NCBI GenBank assembly: GCA_018816765.1
Contig: JAHIUX010000008.1
Span: forward strand, 49,964 to 113,963
Source: Bacteroidota bacterium
GTDB taxonomy: Bacteria > Bacteroidota > Bacteroidia > Bacteroidales > F082
Direction of reading: 5' to 3'
Length of the DNA stretch: 64,000 nt
Shown piece after piece: positions 18,181 to 28,270 of the stretch. Below the pieces are notes generated by a model, which saw only the letters and a program-made list of their open reading frames with translations, had not been told where the DNA came from and made no database searches. The position numbers were made by a program, and so were the translations under genes. The first letter of the stretch is position 1. Every line of letters starts with the position of its first letter.

Positions 18181-18815
18181 AACCGATGAATACTGTGGCT
18201 GATTTGTTTGAAGGAGGTCGAAAACTTCCGTTAATGGAGGAGTTTTATACCCTGCAGGGCGAAGGGCACAATGTGGGGAAGGCAGCCTATTTTATTCGCA
18301 TCGGCGGGTGCGACGTCGGATGCCATTGGTGCGACACAAGGCCTTCATGGGATGCAACCCATTTCCCGCCTGTTTCTACTGATGAAATCATCGAAAGGGC
18401 AGCACAATATCCTGCCAAAACCGTGGTTGTTACAGGTGGTGAACCTTCGATGTATCCCTTGGCATATTTTACCTCAAAGCTCAGGGCAAGTGGTTTAAAG
18501 GCCATGGTTGAGACATCTGGTGCCCATGTACTTACAGGCGAATGGGACTGGATTTGCCTTTCGCCAAAAAAGAACTCACCACCCAAGCCCGGAATTTATA
18601 CCCGCGCGCACGAGCTGAAAGTGGTTATTGAAAAAGAAGCTGACCTCGAATGGGCCGAGAACAACGCCAGATATGTTTCAAAGGATTGTATGCTTTATCT
18701 GCAACCCGAATGGAGTGTGTCTGAACAAATTATGCCCTGGTTGACAAACTACGCAATGCAACACCCACAATGGAGAATCAGTCTGCAAAGCCACAAATAC
18801 ATGCATATTCCCTGA
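18177..18815 (+). CDS. queE: 7-carboxy-7-deazaguanine synthase (radical SAM, queuosine pathway)
   Basis: LQGEGHNVGKAAYFIRIGGCDVGCHWCDT cluster region, VVVTGGEP, C-terminal ISLQSHKYMHIP. About 210 aa. Confidence 0.85.
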   Translation: MKPMNTVADLFEGGRKLPLMEEFYTLQGEGHNVGKAAYFIRIGGCDVGCHWCDTRPSWDATHFPPVSTDEIIERAAQYPAKTVVVTGGEPSMYPLAYFTSKLRASGLKAMVETSGAHVLTGEWDWICLSPKKNSPPKPGIYTRAHELKVVIEKEADLEWAENNARYVSKDCMLYLQPEWSVSEQIMPWLTNYAMQHPQWRISLQSHKYMHIP

Positions 18816-18820
18816 TCCGG

Positions 18821-20752
18821 ATGCTTGGGATCTGGTGCTTGCTTTCTGTTTTGGTTCCGCAACAGCTTTTTGCACAGCAAGCTGAATATGAACTTAGTAC
18901 ACCATCTTCGAAAGCTAAAAAATACTACCTTAAAGCCGAGCAGGCTTTCATCGAAACCAACCGTGCAGATGCAGAACTATATCTGCTAAAATCATTGAAA
19001 GCAGATGAGCAGTTTGTCGAAGCCTGGCTGTTACTGGGCGATGTGTATGGCGAACTGGGCAAAGCTGATGAGGCCATTGAAGCCTACAAAAAAGCCATTG
19101 ACATCAGTCCTGATTTTTTTCCGCCTGTGTATTATTTCCTTGGAAAATTAAACTACAAAGCTGCTGCCTACGCTGAAAGTGCTGCTTATTTGCGTAAGCT
19201 GATCAGCTACAGCAATATAGCAGACGATATCAAAAAAGGGGCTGTGGATGTGCTTTCCCGCGCCGAATTTGCTGCTAATGCCGTGAATAATCCGGTTCCG
19301 TTCAACCCTGTAAACGTTGGTCCTGCCATCAACAGTGATGCGGATGAATACATCAACGCCATCCGGCTTGATGGCGGCCTGCTCCTGTTTACACGCCGCT
19401 TTGCCTTGCCTGATGAACCCGGAAGCAGCACCTTCATGAATGAACGTTTTTTTTACAGCCAGGATGCCGGTGGCTTATGGATGCCGGCAAACGAGTTGAT
19501 GACTAATTGGACCATAGCCGACAATATGGGTGCCATGACCATTTCTGCTGATGGCATGAAGCTGTATTATGCCGGATGCAGCTGGCCCGGAGGACTGGGC
19601 AGCTGCGATGTGTACCAGTCGGATCTCATAGCCATGCAATGGTCAGAACCCACTAACCTTGGATCATGGGTTAACTCGCCTCAGTGGGATTCGCAGCCTT
19701 CGGTTTCAGCCGATGGCCATGAGTTGTTTTTTGTGAGTCGGCGCAATGGGGGCCTTGGTGGTTCTGATATATGGATGTGCAGGCTGTTGCCCGATGGACG
19801 GTGGACTCGCCCAATCAACCTGGGTGAAAACATCAATACACCCGGGAATGAGATGGCACCCTTTCTGCATCCTGACGGAAAAACCCTGTATTTCTCGAGT
19901 ACCGGACTGGTGGGCTTGGGTGGAGCCGACCTGTTTGTAAGCCGCCGCGATGAAAGCGGCCGATGGTCAGTCCCGAAAAATCTTGGTTATCCGATAAATA
20001 CAGCTGCCGATGAAATCAATATCATCGTTGACGCAACCGGAAAAAAGGCGTATATCTCGGCCTTGAAAGATAGTGGTAGTGGCAGATTTGACATTTATTC
20101 ATTCGAAATGCCAGGCAACATCAGCCCTGATCCTGTTTCTTATGTGAAGGCAATTGTTGCTGATGCTTCCAACGGCATCAGGTTGCCTGCAGCCTACGTC
20201 ATTACTAACCTCGAAACCGGACAAGTTGTTGCTGAAGGGAATTGTGTGCTGCCCGACGGATCGTTTTTAGCTGTTTTACCCTCAGGAAATGACTATGGCC
20301 TGCATGTTCAGTTCAAGGGTTATTTGTTTTATTCTGAGAACTTTGCCTTGTCACAACACAGTGAAACCACGCCCTTTGTGTTGAATATTGGCCTGCAACC
20401 CATCAGGCTGGGTGCTGAGATGGTGCTCAGGAACGTGTTTTTCGACTACAATAAGGCAGAAGTGATGGCTTCGTCTAATGATGAACTCACAAAACTGGCT
20501 AATTTTATGGGAGAGAATCCCTTGTTAAAAATCGAATTAGGTGGCCATACTGATAGCCTGGGCAGTGAAGAGCACAATTTGCAGCTTTCGATGGAGCGGG
20601 CCGAAGCCGTGAAAAAAATACTGATCGGAAAGGGTGTGCCCGGGCGGCGACTGAAAGCAATTGGTTATGGCGCTTCAAAGCCTGTTGCTGATAACAGCAA
20701 CGAAGCCGGCCGTGCCCTCAACCGCCGCACAACCATCACACTGATTGAATAG
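18821..20752 (+). CDS. OmpA-family outer-membrane-associated protein with TPR and TolB-like (PD40) repeats
   Basis: Start moved to the Met giving the signal peptide MLGIWCLLSVLVPQQLFAQQ. TPR region; repeated PD40-like units (SADGHELFFVS, HPDGKTLYFSS). C-terminal OmpA domain (GGHTDSLGSEEHNLQLSMERA...NRRTTITL). Confidence 0.8.
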   Translation: MLGIWCLLSVLVPQQLFAQQAEYELSTPSSKAKKYYLKAEQAFIETNRADAELYLLKSLKADEQFVEAWLLLGDVYGELGKADEAIEAYKKAIDISPDFFPPVYYFLGKLNYKAAAYAESAAYLRKLISYSNIADDIKKGAVDVLSRAEFAANAVNNPVPFNPVNVGPAINSDADEYINAIRLDGGLLLFTRRFALPDEPGSSTFMNERFFYSQDAGGLWMPANELMTNWTIADNMGAMTISADGMKLYYAGCSWPGGLGSCDVYQSDLIAMQWSEPTNLGSWVNSPQWDSQPSVSADGHELFFVSRRNGGLGGSDIWMCRLLPDGRWTRPINLGENINTPGNEMAPFLHPDGKTLYFSSTGLVGLGGADLFVSRRDESGRWSVPKNLGYPINTAADEINIIVDATGKKAYISALKDSGSGRFDIYSFEMPGNISPDPVSYVKAIVADASNGIRLPAAYVITNLETGQVVAEGNCVLPDGSFLAVLPSGNDYGLHVQFKGYLFYSENFALSQHSETTPFVLNIGLQPIRLGAEMVLRNVFFDYNKAEVMASSNDELTKLANFMGENPLLKIELGGHTDSLGSEEHNLQLSMERAEAVKKILIGKGVPGRRLKAIGYGASKPVADNSNEAGRALNRRTTITLIE

Positions 20753-20808
20753 CCAAGCACCTTCGTCAGAAATTTGATGTCTTCAGCATAGTGCATTGGA
20801 GGCGAAAT

Positions 20809-21387
20809 TTAATGGGCCAGTGAAGCACTTTTGCTCATGGCCTGATCCAATAGCAGTGCTTTTAATTGCTTCGTCCTCAGTTTAATGTCGTCGGTAATTG
20901 CGTTAACCGAAATGGTGGCCCCCGAAATGGCATCAATTTGCTTCCCAACCTCCATCAGGCGGCTGCCATCATAGCCCCTGAATTGTTTTAACCAGCCCCT
21001 AGCAGTAATTTCCTGCCCGTGACTGGCCTGGTAATTAAATACTTTTACATGCAGCACCTGTATGCTGGCATCGAAAATGATGTAATAATCAAAGTATTCG
21101 AAGGCGTCAGCACCACCAACAGCACCACCAGACGAACAGCCACCAGCCCGGCAGCTATTCACCCTTCCGCTGTAAGCAAATCGTTTTTCCTGATTGTGCA
21201 CATTGCATGCTATCAACAGGAAGCTGCCCTGGGTATCCACCTGACCGCCTGCGCTTAATTCAGTAATGGAATATTCTGAGGGTCTGCAGATGCTGTTGAT
21301 TTCACGTGCCAGGGCATCGGGCACATTAAGCTGCGCCTGAGCTACACTGAGTAGGAGCAGGCTTCCGAAAAGGAGCAATAATTTCAT
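20809..21387 (-). CDS. secreted FMN-binding-domain protein with flavinylation motif
   Basis: Start at the Met giving the signal peptide MKLLLLFGSLLLLSVAQAQ. C-terminal KQIDAISGATISVNAI matches the Dxx(S/T)GA(T/S) FMN_bind flavinylation signature (Thr codon at 20914-20916). Confidence 0.65.
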   Translation of the reverse strand: MKLLLLFGSLLLLSVAQAQLNVPDALAREINSICRPSEYSITELSAGGQVDTQGSFLLIACNVHNQEKRFAYSGRVNSCRAGGCSSGGAVGGADAFEYFDYYIIFDASIQVLHVKVFNYQASHGQEITARGWLKQFRGYDGSRLMEVGKQIDAISGATISVNAITDDIKLRTKQLKALLLDQAMSKSASLAH

Positions 21388-21388
21388 T

Positions 21389-22597
21389 TTAAAACATATA
21401 GCCAAATCCAATATTCAGTGTTTTCGATGCCTTGGTGTCAGAAACTGACTTGCTAAACTGCAGATCGGCTTTAACAACAGCGCCTTTTGCCAGGGCCCAG
21501 CTGATTCCGGTGGTAATCACATTCACCTCATGTGATGCGGAGGCAACGAAGCCCGTTTCCATGCTATTCTGTGTGTTTGAATGTTCATACCTGATAAAAG
21601 GGATCAGCTCGTGTTGGGTGTTTTGGATATCCCTTAACACATTGTATCCGCCTTCGAGGTAATAACCAGCAAGCGAACTGCCGAGGTCGTTGGGTTTACC
21701 AGCGTCATTTGCAGTGAACACATTATATTGATCGGTGTTTGATAGCGAAGCGTAATAGAATTGACCACGCAGTTGTAGGCCTGCAATCTGGTATCGGGCA
21801 TCGAGACCGAACATGGCAATTCCGACGACCGAAGAATCAGCGGAGGCGAGGGCAGCTTCATCAGCCTTATCGAGCCTTTCAAAGAGTTCTGACTGGGACT
21901 TTCCAACATAGGCCGAAACCCCAAGGTTGAGTCCCCTAAGCCCGAAATACTCGACTTTTCCTGTGAAATTGGGTGAGCTGATGGTCGATTCAGCACCTTT
22001 CTGCCTGCCCCCCCTGAGCCCGTTTTTGCCATTGAATCGTGCCGAGCCGTCATAGCCGTTGAAGCCGTTTACTAGGTAAACCTGGTATTTCAGCGAGGCC
22101 GGAAGCAGGGTTCCGCTCATTCCGAAACCAATTTCGCGCCAGGTTGTCGGACTGATCTTGTTGTCGATCAGTGGTCGTTCGACACCGTTAAAGGCCGTTG
22201 GTTCATGAAATTCGTTGATGATGCCCATCGGAATAAGCAGCAATCCTCCCCTGAGGTTGATTGATTGATTGATTTTATACTGCAGGAAAGCCTGTTCGAC
22301 GAACACTTCTGAAACATGTTCATATTCAATTTCTGAAACAAACTGAACGCGCTTGCTGAACTGATAGCCAAACAGCATCACCAGCCGGTGAACGTCAAGG
22401 GTGCCGTTGTTTCTGTAATCCGGATCGAGGGCCTGGTTATAATGTACTTCACCGTATCCCCCAACACTTAGTTTCTGGTCCGATGAAAGCAGCTTGTCGG
22501 CCATATTTTGTGTTTGCAGGTCTTCTTCGTTTGACTGCGCAACAATTGCTGCGAATGGCAGGCAAAGTAAGCTGATGAAAATGGAAAATCGTAACAT
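21389..22597 (-). CDS. outer-membrane beta-barrel protein (porin-like)
   Basis: Start at the Met giving MLRFSIFISLLCLPFAAIVAQS. Alternating-hydrophobicity strands throughout. C-terminal ...NIGFGYMF (terminal Phe). The stop is 1 nt before the downstream FMN-binding gene ATG. Confidence 0.6.
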   Translation of the reverse strand: MLRFSIFISLLCLPFAAIVAQSNEEDLQTQNMADKLLSSDQKLSVGGYGEVHYNQALDPDYRNNGTLDVHRLVMLFGYQFSKRVQFVSEIEYEHVSEVFVEQAFLQYKINQSINLRGGLLLIPMGIINEFHEPTAFNGVERPLIDNKISPTTWREIGFGMSGTLLPASLKYQVYLVNGFNGYDGSARFNGKNGLRGGRQKGAESTISSPNFTGKVEYFGLRGLNLGVSAYVGKSQSELFERLDKADEAALASADSSVVGIAMFGLDARYQIAGLQLRGQFYYASLSNTDQYNVFTANDAGKPNDLGSSLAGYYLEGGYNVLRDIQNTQHELIPFIRYEHSNTQNSMETGFVASASHEVNVITTGISWALAKGAVVKADLQFSKSVSDTKASKTLNIGFGYMF

Positions 22598-22845
22598 GGT
22601 ATCGGATTTTAATTTACCGGCAAAAGTAAATGAGGCCGGCAATGCACTAAATACCTACATATAGTGATTTTGATCATATGTCACCTGATGAAGGCAATAA
22701 ACCCAAATTGCACATTGTGAATGCGTAATCGACTCTAAATTTGTTATTCAGCTCGCCATTGCCTGCCTCAATCAAATTTTAAGTCGCATTTACTTTAAAA
22801 AATCAGCCACTTCGGTTTTTCAAGCCTCCTGGTGATTAATGTGGT

Positions 22846-22884
22846 ATAAAAAAACCGTAACAGCGTGAATTTGCTGCTACGGTT
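22846..22884 (-). terminator. rho-independent terminator after the HD-domain gene
   Basis: AACCGTAACAGC / GCTGCTACGGTT hairpin (one mismatch, 8-nt loop), followed on the minus strand by an 8-nt U-run (A-run at 22847-22854 on plus). Confidence 0.65.
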
Positions 22885-22905
22885 TATATTCCATAAAACG
22901 GATTG

Positions 22906-23457
22906 TCAGAGTATTAACCTTTCTTTAAATGGAAGGAAGGTCATGAAGTCAGCGTGATGTACCACATAGGCTTCGGTGGTGCGTTTCACCTGATCGCCTT
23001 CACCGGCATGGGCAGCGATGATGTGACATACTTCAGGCGGACAGCCGGCTTCTTCGGCCAGGCTTACACCTGAAAAAGGATGGCGGATCAGCTTTCCGTA
23101 TTTCCCGACAACTGCTTTTCCGTTTGCATCGAGTTCATATTCAAGCAGTTTTCCTACATCAGCCAGGATGGCACCAGCAATGAGGATGTCCATATCACAA
23201 GTAAGCTCACCATGATACATGCTGTTGATTTTGTTTCCGGCATCGCGGGCTATGTGAACCACTGAACGTTTGTGATCCATAAACGTAACCTTGAGGTTAG
23301 GACCACATAGTAGCGTAAACGGGATTCTGTTCAGGTCTTCGGGTGTTAACACGCTGCGTTCGAGTGCAAGCTCCCAGGTGCGGGCAGTTTGCTCGCGCAG
23401 AGTGGCATTTTCGATCCACTCCAGTTCGGGCCATAAGGCCAGTACGGTATTATTCAT
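22906..23457 (-). CDS. HD-superfamily-like metal-dependent phosphohydrolase
   Basis: 183 aa. H...(A)D...D pattern (VVHIARDAG, AGAILADVGKLLE, IIAAHAGEGD, VVHHADF). The canonical HD dyad reads AD, so activity is uncertain. Confidence 0.5.
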   Translation of the reverse strand: MNNTVLALWPELEWIENATLREQTARTWELALERSVLTPEDLNRIPFTLLCGPNLKVTFMDHKRSVVHIARDAGNKINSMYHGELTCDMDILIAGAILADVGKLLEYELDANGKAVVGKYGKLIRHPFSGVSLAEEAGCPPEVCHIIAAHAGEGDQVKRTTEAYVVHHADFMTFLPFKERLIL

Positions 23458-23468
23458 GGTTTTGGTGC

Positions 23469-24665
23469 TTAGAGTTTTGCAATTATAGCATCTGCCATCT
23501 GCCGTGTTGATGCGGCACCCTGTTTCACAACATCGGGTGAACCTTTCATCTTCAACATATCGTAGGCCCTTACTTTTCCTTCTGCAACGACCTCGGCTAC
23601 GGCTTTGCGGATCTTGGCTGCCATCTCCATTTCATTCAGATGCTCGAGCATCATCACAGCCGAAAGGATCATGGCTATTGGATTTACGATGGAAGTATCG
23701 TAGCTCGCATATTTCGGTGCTGAGCCATGGGTAGGTTCAAACACGCCTATGCCTGATTCAGGATTGAACTGGGCGCTGGTGGCAAAGCCAAGTCCGCCAA
23801 TCAATCCGGCAAAAGCGTCCGAAACGATGTCGCCAAACATGTTCCCGGCAACAATCACATTGTAGTTTTCAGGGTTTTTGGTCAGCCACATCGTCATGGC
23901 ATCGATGTTCACATCTTCTACCCAGATATGTGGGAACTCGTTCTTACTCATCTCCTGGGCAACTTTCAGCATCATGCCCGAGGTTTCGCGGATCACATTG
24001 GGTTTTTCGCACACAGTGATCTTGCTGAAGCCGCGTTTGTGCGCGTACTCGAAGGCAGCCCTCACGATGCGTGTGGTGTATTTCTTTGTAAAGATGCGGG
24101 TCGAAACAGCCAATTCAGGCCTTGGACACCAGGCGAAATTCTGTTTAAACTTGGGATGCGACATCAGTGCATCGTATACCTGATCGCCTGGATTGGTCCA
24201 TTCGACACCACCGTAAAGGCCTTCAGTGTTTTGCCTGAAGATCATCACATCAATCACCGGCTCATCAACTCCGCCGTCTTTTGCCCTGCGGATAAAATTC
24301 AAGGGGTTTCCGGGAAGTGTCTGACAGGGGCGCATGCAAATATCCAGGTCAAAATGCTGGCGCATGGTGACGATGGGGCTGTAGTAGGTAAAGCCTTTTC
24401 CCTGTAGTTCAGGTGCAAGTTCGGCTGCGGTTTTGTCTTTTGGTTTGGAGGTGATGGCGCCAAACAATGCAAGTTTGTGTTTCTTTAGCAACGCGATGGT
24501 CCTGTCGGGCAGCGGATTTCCTTCCTTGCACCAAAATTCCCATCCGATATCACCTTCAACATATTCGGCTTCAAAACCGGCTGCGTCAAGCACCCTGATG
24601 GCTTCTTCCAACACAACTTTTCCAATGCCATCTCCGGGCAATGTAACAATCGTTCTTTTCAACAT
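23469..24665 (-). CDS. isocitrate / isopropylmalate dehydrogenase-family oxidoreductase
   Basis: TLPGDGIGKVV N-terminus, NTEGLYGG, GNMFGDIVSDAFAGLIGGLG, FEPTHGSAPK. Substrate not assignable from sequence alone. Confidence 0.8.
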   Translation of the reverse strand: MLKRTIVTLPGDGIGKVVLEEAIRVLDAAGFEAEYVEGDIGWEFWCKEGNPLPDRTIALLKKHKLALFGAITSKPKDKTAAELAPELQGKGFTYYSPIVTMRQHFDLDICMRPCQTLPGNPLNFIRRAKDGGVDEPVIDVMIFRQNTEGLYGGVEWTNPGDQVYDALMSHPKFKQNFAWCPRPELAVSTRIFTKKYTTRIVRAAFEYAHKRGFSKITVCEKPNVIRETSGMMLKVAQEMSKNEFPHIWVEDVNIDAMTMWLTKNPENYNVIVAGNMFGDIVSDAFAGLIGGLGFATSAQFNPESGIGVFEPTHGSAPKYASYDTSIVNPIAMILSAVMMLEHLNEMEMAAKIRKAVAEVVAEGKVRAYDMLKMKGSPDVVKQGAASTRQMADAIIAKL

Positions 24666-24913
24666 AAACTAAATTTTATTTGATGATTAATAATCGCGCA
24701 AAATCAGCATTCTATCTGAAAAAACTTACGTCATTCGTTAATGCGCATCAAAAATAAGCAAGGCATCCCGAATGACCAAGGCAGATAGTGAAGTTATAAT
24801 CAGTCTAAATAATTCAGCAATAATATTTTCTGCTACGTTTTATTCAAAAAATCAGCCAGTAAGGACGGCATTGTACGCTTGAAACGCCTTGTAGTGAATT
24901 CGTCAGGATTTGT

Positions 24914-24921
24914 TAATTTTG
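24914..24921 (+). promoter_or_regulatory. Bacteroidota -7 promoter box (TAATTTTG)
   Basis: Exact TAnnTTTG match just upstream of the ATGs at 24928 and 24937. Confidence 0.4.
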
Positions 24922-24927
24922 TGCCCC

Positions 24928-26394
24928 ATGACCGATATGAATAAATTTGTTTCCGGCCCATTGTTTCGCTCCATTGCTGATGTTTGCCAGCAGCTTGGTG
25001 TGGAAGCCTTTGTCATTGGTGGCTATGTGAGGGATTGCCTGCTCAGGCGACAATCGAAAGACATCGATGTGGTGGTCGTAGGGAGTGGCATCGAGGTGGC
25101 CCAGGCCCTGGCCGTTCAGCTCGGACACCATACCGAAGCCAAATACTATGGCCAGTTTGGTACGGCCATGATTCGTTATAAAGGCTATGTGATCGAATTT
25201 GTTGGGGCACGGAAAGAATCATACAAGCTCTATAGCCGTAAACCAGAGGTTGAAGACGGTAGCCTTTGCGACGACCAGAACCGCCGCGATTTTACCATCA
25301 ATGCGCTGGCCATCAGCCTGAATGCAGCTGACTTTGGTCAGCTTCTCGATCCTTTCAACGGACTGTCGGACCTGGATAAGAAAACGCTACGGACTCCACA
25401 GGACCCTGATATAACTTATTCCGACGACCCGCTGCGCATGATGCGAGCAGCAAGGTTCGCCGCACAACTCAGCTTTACCATCGATAAGGCTTCTTTTGAC
25501 GCCATTGTCCGTAACCGCAACCGCATCAGGATTGTTTCGCCGGAGCGGATAACGGACGAAATCAATAAGATCATGTTGTCCGCAAAGCCATCGATTGGGT
25601 TTAAGATCCTCTTCGACTGCGGACTGCTGGCCATTGTCTTTCCTGAACTGAACGCCATGCATGGCGTCGAAGTGATGCAGGGAAAAGCGCACAAGGATAA
25701 CTTTTATCATACACTTGAGGTCCTCGATAACCTTGCCCGCAAATCTAACGACCTATGGCTGCGCTGGTCGGCCTTGCTGCACGACATTGCAAAACCCCCC
25801 ACAAAAAAGTTCGATCCCCAGCTGGGATGGACCTTTCACGGACATGAGTTCCGCGGAGCTAAAATGGTACCACGGCTGTTCAAGCAACTCAGGCTGCCAC
25901 AGAATGACCGCATGAAATTTGTCCAGAAAATGGTGCTGTTGCACCTGCGGCCGATCGTGCTTGCTCAGGAGGTGGTCACAGATTCGGCCATCAGAAGACT
26001 GCTGTTCGATGCTGGTGACGATATCGACGATCTGATGACGCTTTGTGAAGCTGATATCACCTCCAAGAACGAATACAAGGTGAAAAAATACCGCGATAAC
26101 TTCCAGCTGGTCAGACAGAAACTCAAGGAGATTGAAGCCAAGGATAAAATCAGAAACTGGCAGCCGCCAGTGAGTGGCGAAATCATTATGGCTGTGTTCG
26201 GACTGAAGCCAGGAATAGAGGTTGGAAAAATTAAAACAGCCATCAGGGAAGCCATCCTCGATGGGGTCATTGGCAACAATTTTGATGAGGCACTTGAACT
26301 CATGAAAAAAGAAGGCCAGGCCCTGGGATTGACCATCGTGAGTGAGGCTGTGAAGCCTGTCGAAGTGAAGTCGAACGGTCCATTACCCCTTTGA
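24928..26394 (+). CDS. tRNA nucleotidyltransferase / poly(A) polymerase-family protein with HD domain (CCA-adding-like)
   Basis: GGYVRDCLL...KDIDVVV nucleotidyltransferase head, RRDFTINALA, HD region (FYHTLEVL...LLHDIAKP). The start may instead be the ATG at 24937, given how close the -7 box is. Confidence 0.85.
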   Translation: MTDMNKFVSGPLFRSIADVCQQLGVEAFVIGGYVRDCLLRRQSKDIDVVVVGSGIEVAQALAVQLGHHTEAKYYGQFGTAMIRYKGYVIEFVGARKESYKLYSRKPEVEDGSLCDDQNRRDFTINALAISLNAADFGQLLDPFNGLSDLDKKTLRTPQDPDITYSDDPLRMMRAARFAAQLSFTIDKASFDAIVRNRNRIRIVSPERITDEINKIMLSAKPSIGFKILFDCGLLAIVFPELNAMHGVEVMQGKAHKDNFYHTLEVLDNLARKSNDLWLRWSALLHDIAKPPTKKFDPQLGWTFHGHEFRGAKMVPRLFKQLRLPQNDRMKFVQKMVLLHLRPIVLAQEVVTDSAIRRLLFDAGDDIDDLMTLCEADITSKNEYKVKKYRDNFQLVRQKLKEIEAKDKIRNWQPPVSGEIIMAVFGLKPGIEVGKIKTAIREAILDGVIGNNFDEALELMKKEGQALGLTIVSEAVKPVEVKSNGPLPL

Positions 26395-27314
26395 CAATGG
26401 CATCGGATAAACCTTTGTTTGTGCTTGTTTTGGCCGGGCCAACCGCTTCCGGGAAGACAAGCATGGCCATCAGGCTTGCCCGGCACTACCACACAGAAAT
26501 CGTTTCGGCCGATAGTCGGCAGTTTTACCGCGAAATGCGCATTGGAACAGCTGCGCCAACGGCCGAGGAACTAAAATCGGTTCCCCACCATTTCATCAGT
26601 CACCTGACGGTTGCTGAACCCTATGATGTAGCCAGGTATGAAACCGAGGCGCTCGCGCTGTTGAGCAAATTGCACGAAAAGCACCAGCTGGTTGTGCTTA
26701 CTGGAGGTTCAGGCCTTTATATTGACGCGGTTTGCATGGGACTTGATAATATTCCGGAAACCTCAGCGGAAGTGCGCAATAAGGTGAATGCATTGTTTCA
26801 GCAGCAAGGCCTCGAAGGTCTTCAACTTATGCTCAGTCAACTCGATCCTGCATATTACAAAGTGGTCGATAAGCGCAACCCGAGACGCCTGCAGCGTGCC
26901 ATCGAGGTGTGCCTGCAAACAGGAAACCCTTATTCGTTCTACCGCAAACGGCTGGTGCAGCCACGACCATTCAAGGTGATCTGGACTGCCCTGGAGGTGG
27001 AACGGGTTGAGCTGATCAACAGGATTAACATGCGGGTGGAGCATATGCTCAGCCTTGGATTGCTCGATGAGGTCAGAAGCCTTTATCCATACCGGCACCT
27101 TAATGCACTGAATACAGTGGGCTACCAGGAGCTCTTCCGATACCTCGACAAAACATCAAGGCTTGAGGAAGCCATCAGCGAAATCAAGGTAAATACCAGG
27201 CAATACGCCAAACGTCAGATGACCTGGTTCAGAAAAAACAAACAATACCAATGGTTTGATTCATTGGCATTTGACCGCATTGTAGCTGTTGCCGATCAGC
27301 AGATGAAAAGCTGA
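26391..27314 (+). CDS. miaA: tRNA dimethylallyltransferase
   Basis: GPTASGKT P-loop, SADSRQFYREMRIGTA, GGSGLY, NTRQYAKRQMTWF. 4-nt overlap with the upstream gene. Confidence 0.93.
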   Translation: MTMASDKPLFVLVLAGPTASGKTSMAIRLARHYHTEIVSADSRQFYREMRIGTAAPTAEELKSVPHHFISHLTVAEPYDVARYETEALALLSKLHEKHQLVVLTGGSGLYIDAVCMGLDNIPETSAEVRNKVNALFQQQGLEGLQLMLSQLDPAYYKVVDKRNPRRLQRAIEVCLQTGNPYSFYRKRLVQPRPFKVIWTALEVERVELINRINMRVEHMLSLGLLDEVRSLYPYRHLNALNTVGYQELFRYLDKTSRLEEAISEIKVNTRQYAKRQMTWFRKNKQYQWFDSLAFDRIVAVADQQMKS

Positions 27315-27340
27315 AAATCCCTGAGCAACAGGCTTCCCTT

Positions 27341-28189
27341 TTAATGCTGGCTGATGCCATGATAGGCAAGCAGCCCTTTACTTGGCGAAGCCATGATGTT
27401 TCCGGCCGTTATTCCGGCAAGCGAAAGCCTTTCGGAGAGTTCTTGCCTGAAATGAAATGCCACAGAACCCACAAAGCCGATAGGCAACTGCTGGTAGGGT
27501 GGATATTTTGACAACTGCACGCGGATAAAATCATCGAAGGAACCAGCCACAAGTGCATGGCACCAGGGATCGGCAATGTGACGGCCGACAAAACTGGCAA
27601 AGCCGGCCAGGAACTTTCCGGGCTGTGGCTTGCTGTACACATGATTCAGGATATCTTCGAGGCTTAAGGGGTGGTGCCTATAGAAGTCCGTCCTGATGTG
27701 ATCGGGAACTTCGTTATACAACAAGGCTGTGATGAACTTCTTTCCGATGTACAAGCCGCTTCCTTCATCGGCAAGCATATAACCAAGGGATGGCACGTTC
27801 ATCACAATGTTTACGCCATCGTATAGGCAGGAGTTTGAACCTGTGCCCAATATGCAGGCGATGCCCGGGCTTCGTCCCAGCAGGGAATGGGCAGCACCGA
27901 GTAAATCGTGGTGGATGGTAATGCTGGCTTGCTTGAAAAGCTGGCTGAAGGCATCAGCGACAATACCGCAGTTGGTGGGGGTGGAGCAACCCGAACCATA
28001 ATAAACAATCTCGCGCACATCGCTGCGTACCAGGCTTTCCGGAAAATCATGCTTAAGGATTTGCAGTATGGCTTCCCCCGAAAAATAGTAAGGGTTAAAT
28101 CCGGCAGTTTTAAACTGCATCATCAGCCTCCCTTCGTGGGCAAGGCTCCATTCGGTTTTTGTAGATCCGCTATCGGCTATGAGTATCAT
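27341..28189 (-). CDS. BadF/BadG/BcrA/BcrD-type ATPase (N-acetylglucosamine-kinase-like)
   Basis: MILIADSGSTKTEW N-terminus and ILGTGSNS phosphate-2 motif of the ASKHA sugar-kinase-like family. Confidence 0.7.
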   Translation of the reverse strand: MILIADSGSTKTEWSLAHEGRLMMQFKTAGFNPYYFSGEAILQILKHDFPESLVRSDVREIVYYGSGCSTPTNCGIVADAFSQLFKQASITIHHDLLGAAHSLLGRSPGIACILGTGSNSCLYDGVNIVMNVPSLGYMLADEGSGLYIGKKFITALLYNEVPDHIRTDFYRHHPLSLEDILNHVYSKPQPGKFLAGFASFVGRHIADPWCHALVAGSFDDFIRVQLSKYPPYQQLPIGFVGSVAFHFRQELSERLSLAGITAGNIMASPSKGLLAYHGISQH

Positions 28190-28270
28190 GTAATGCGTTA
28201 TGTGCGGCTAAGATACGCATAAGGAGCCTAATGCCTAGTACCTAATTCATGGCTATGCAGGGGAAATTGC

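Noticed and set aside
25965-26492. 175-aa minus-strand ORF spanning the cca-like / miaA junction
   Set aside because: It is antisense to two well-supported genes, and its Ser/Pro-rich composition is typical of shadow frames. The same reasoning applies to 44272-44823, 37627-38085, 52575-53030, 23928-24407, 4805-5212 and 6661-7149.
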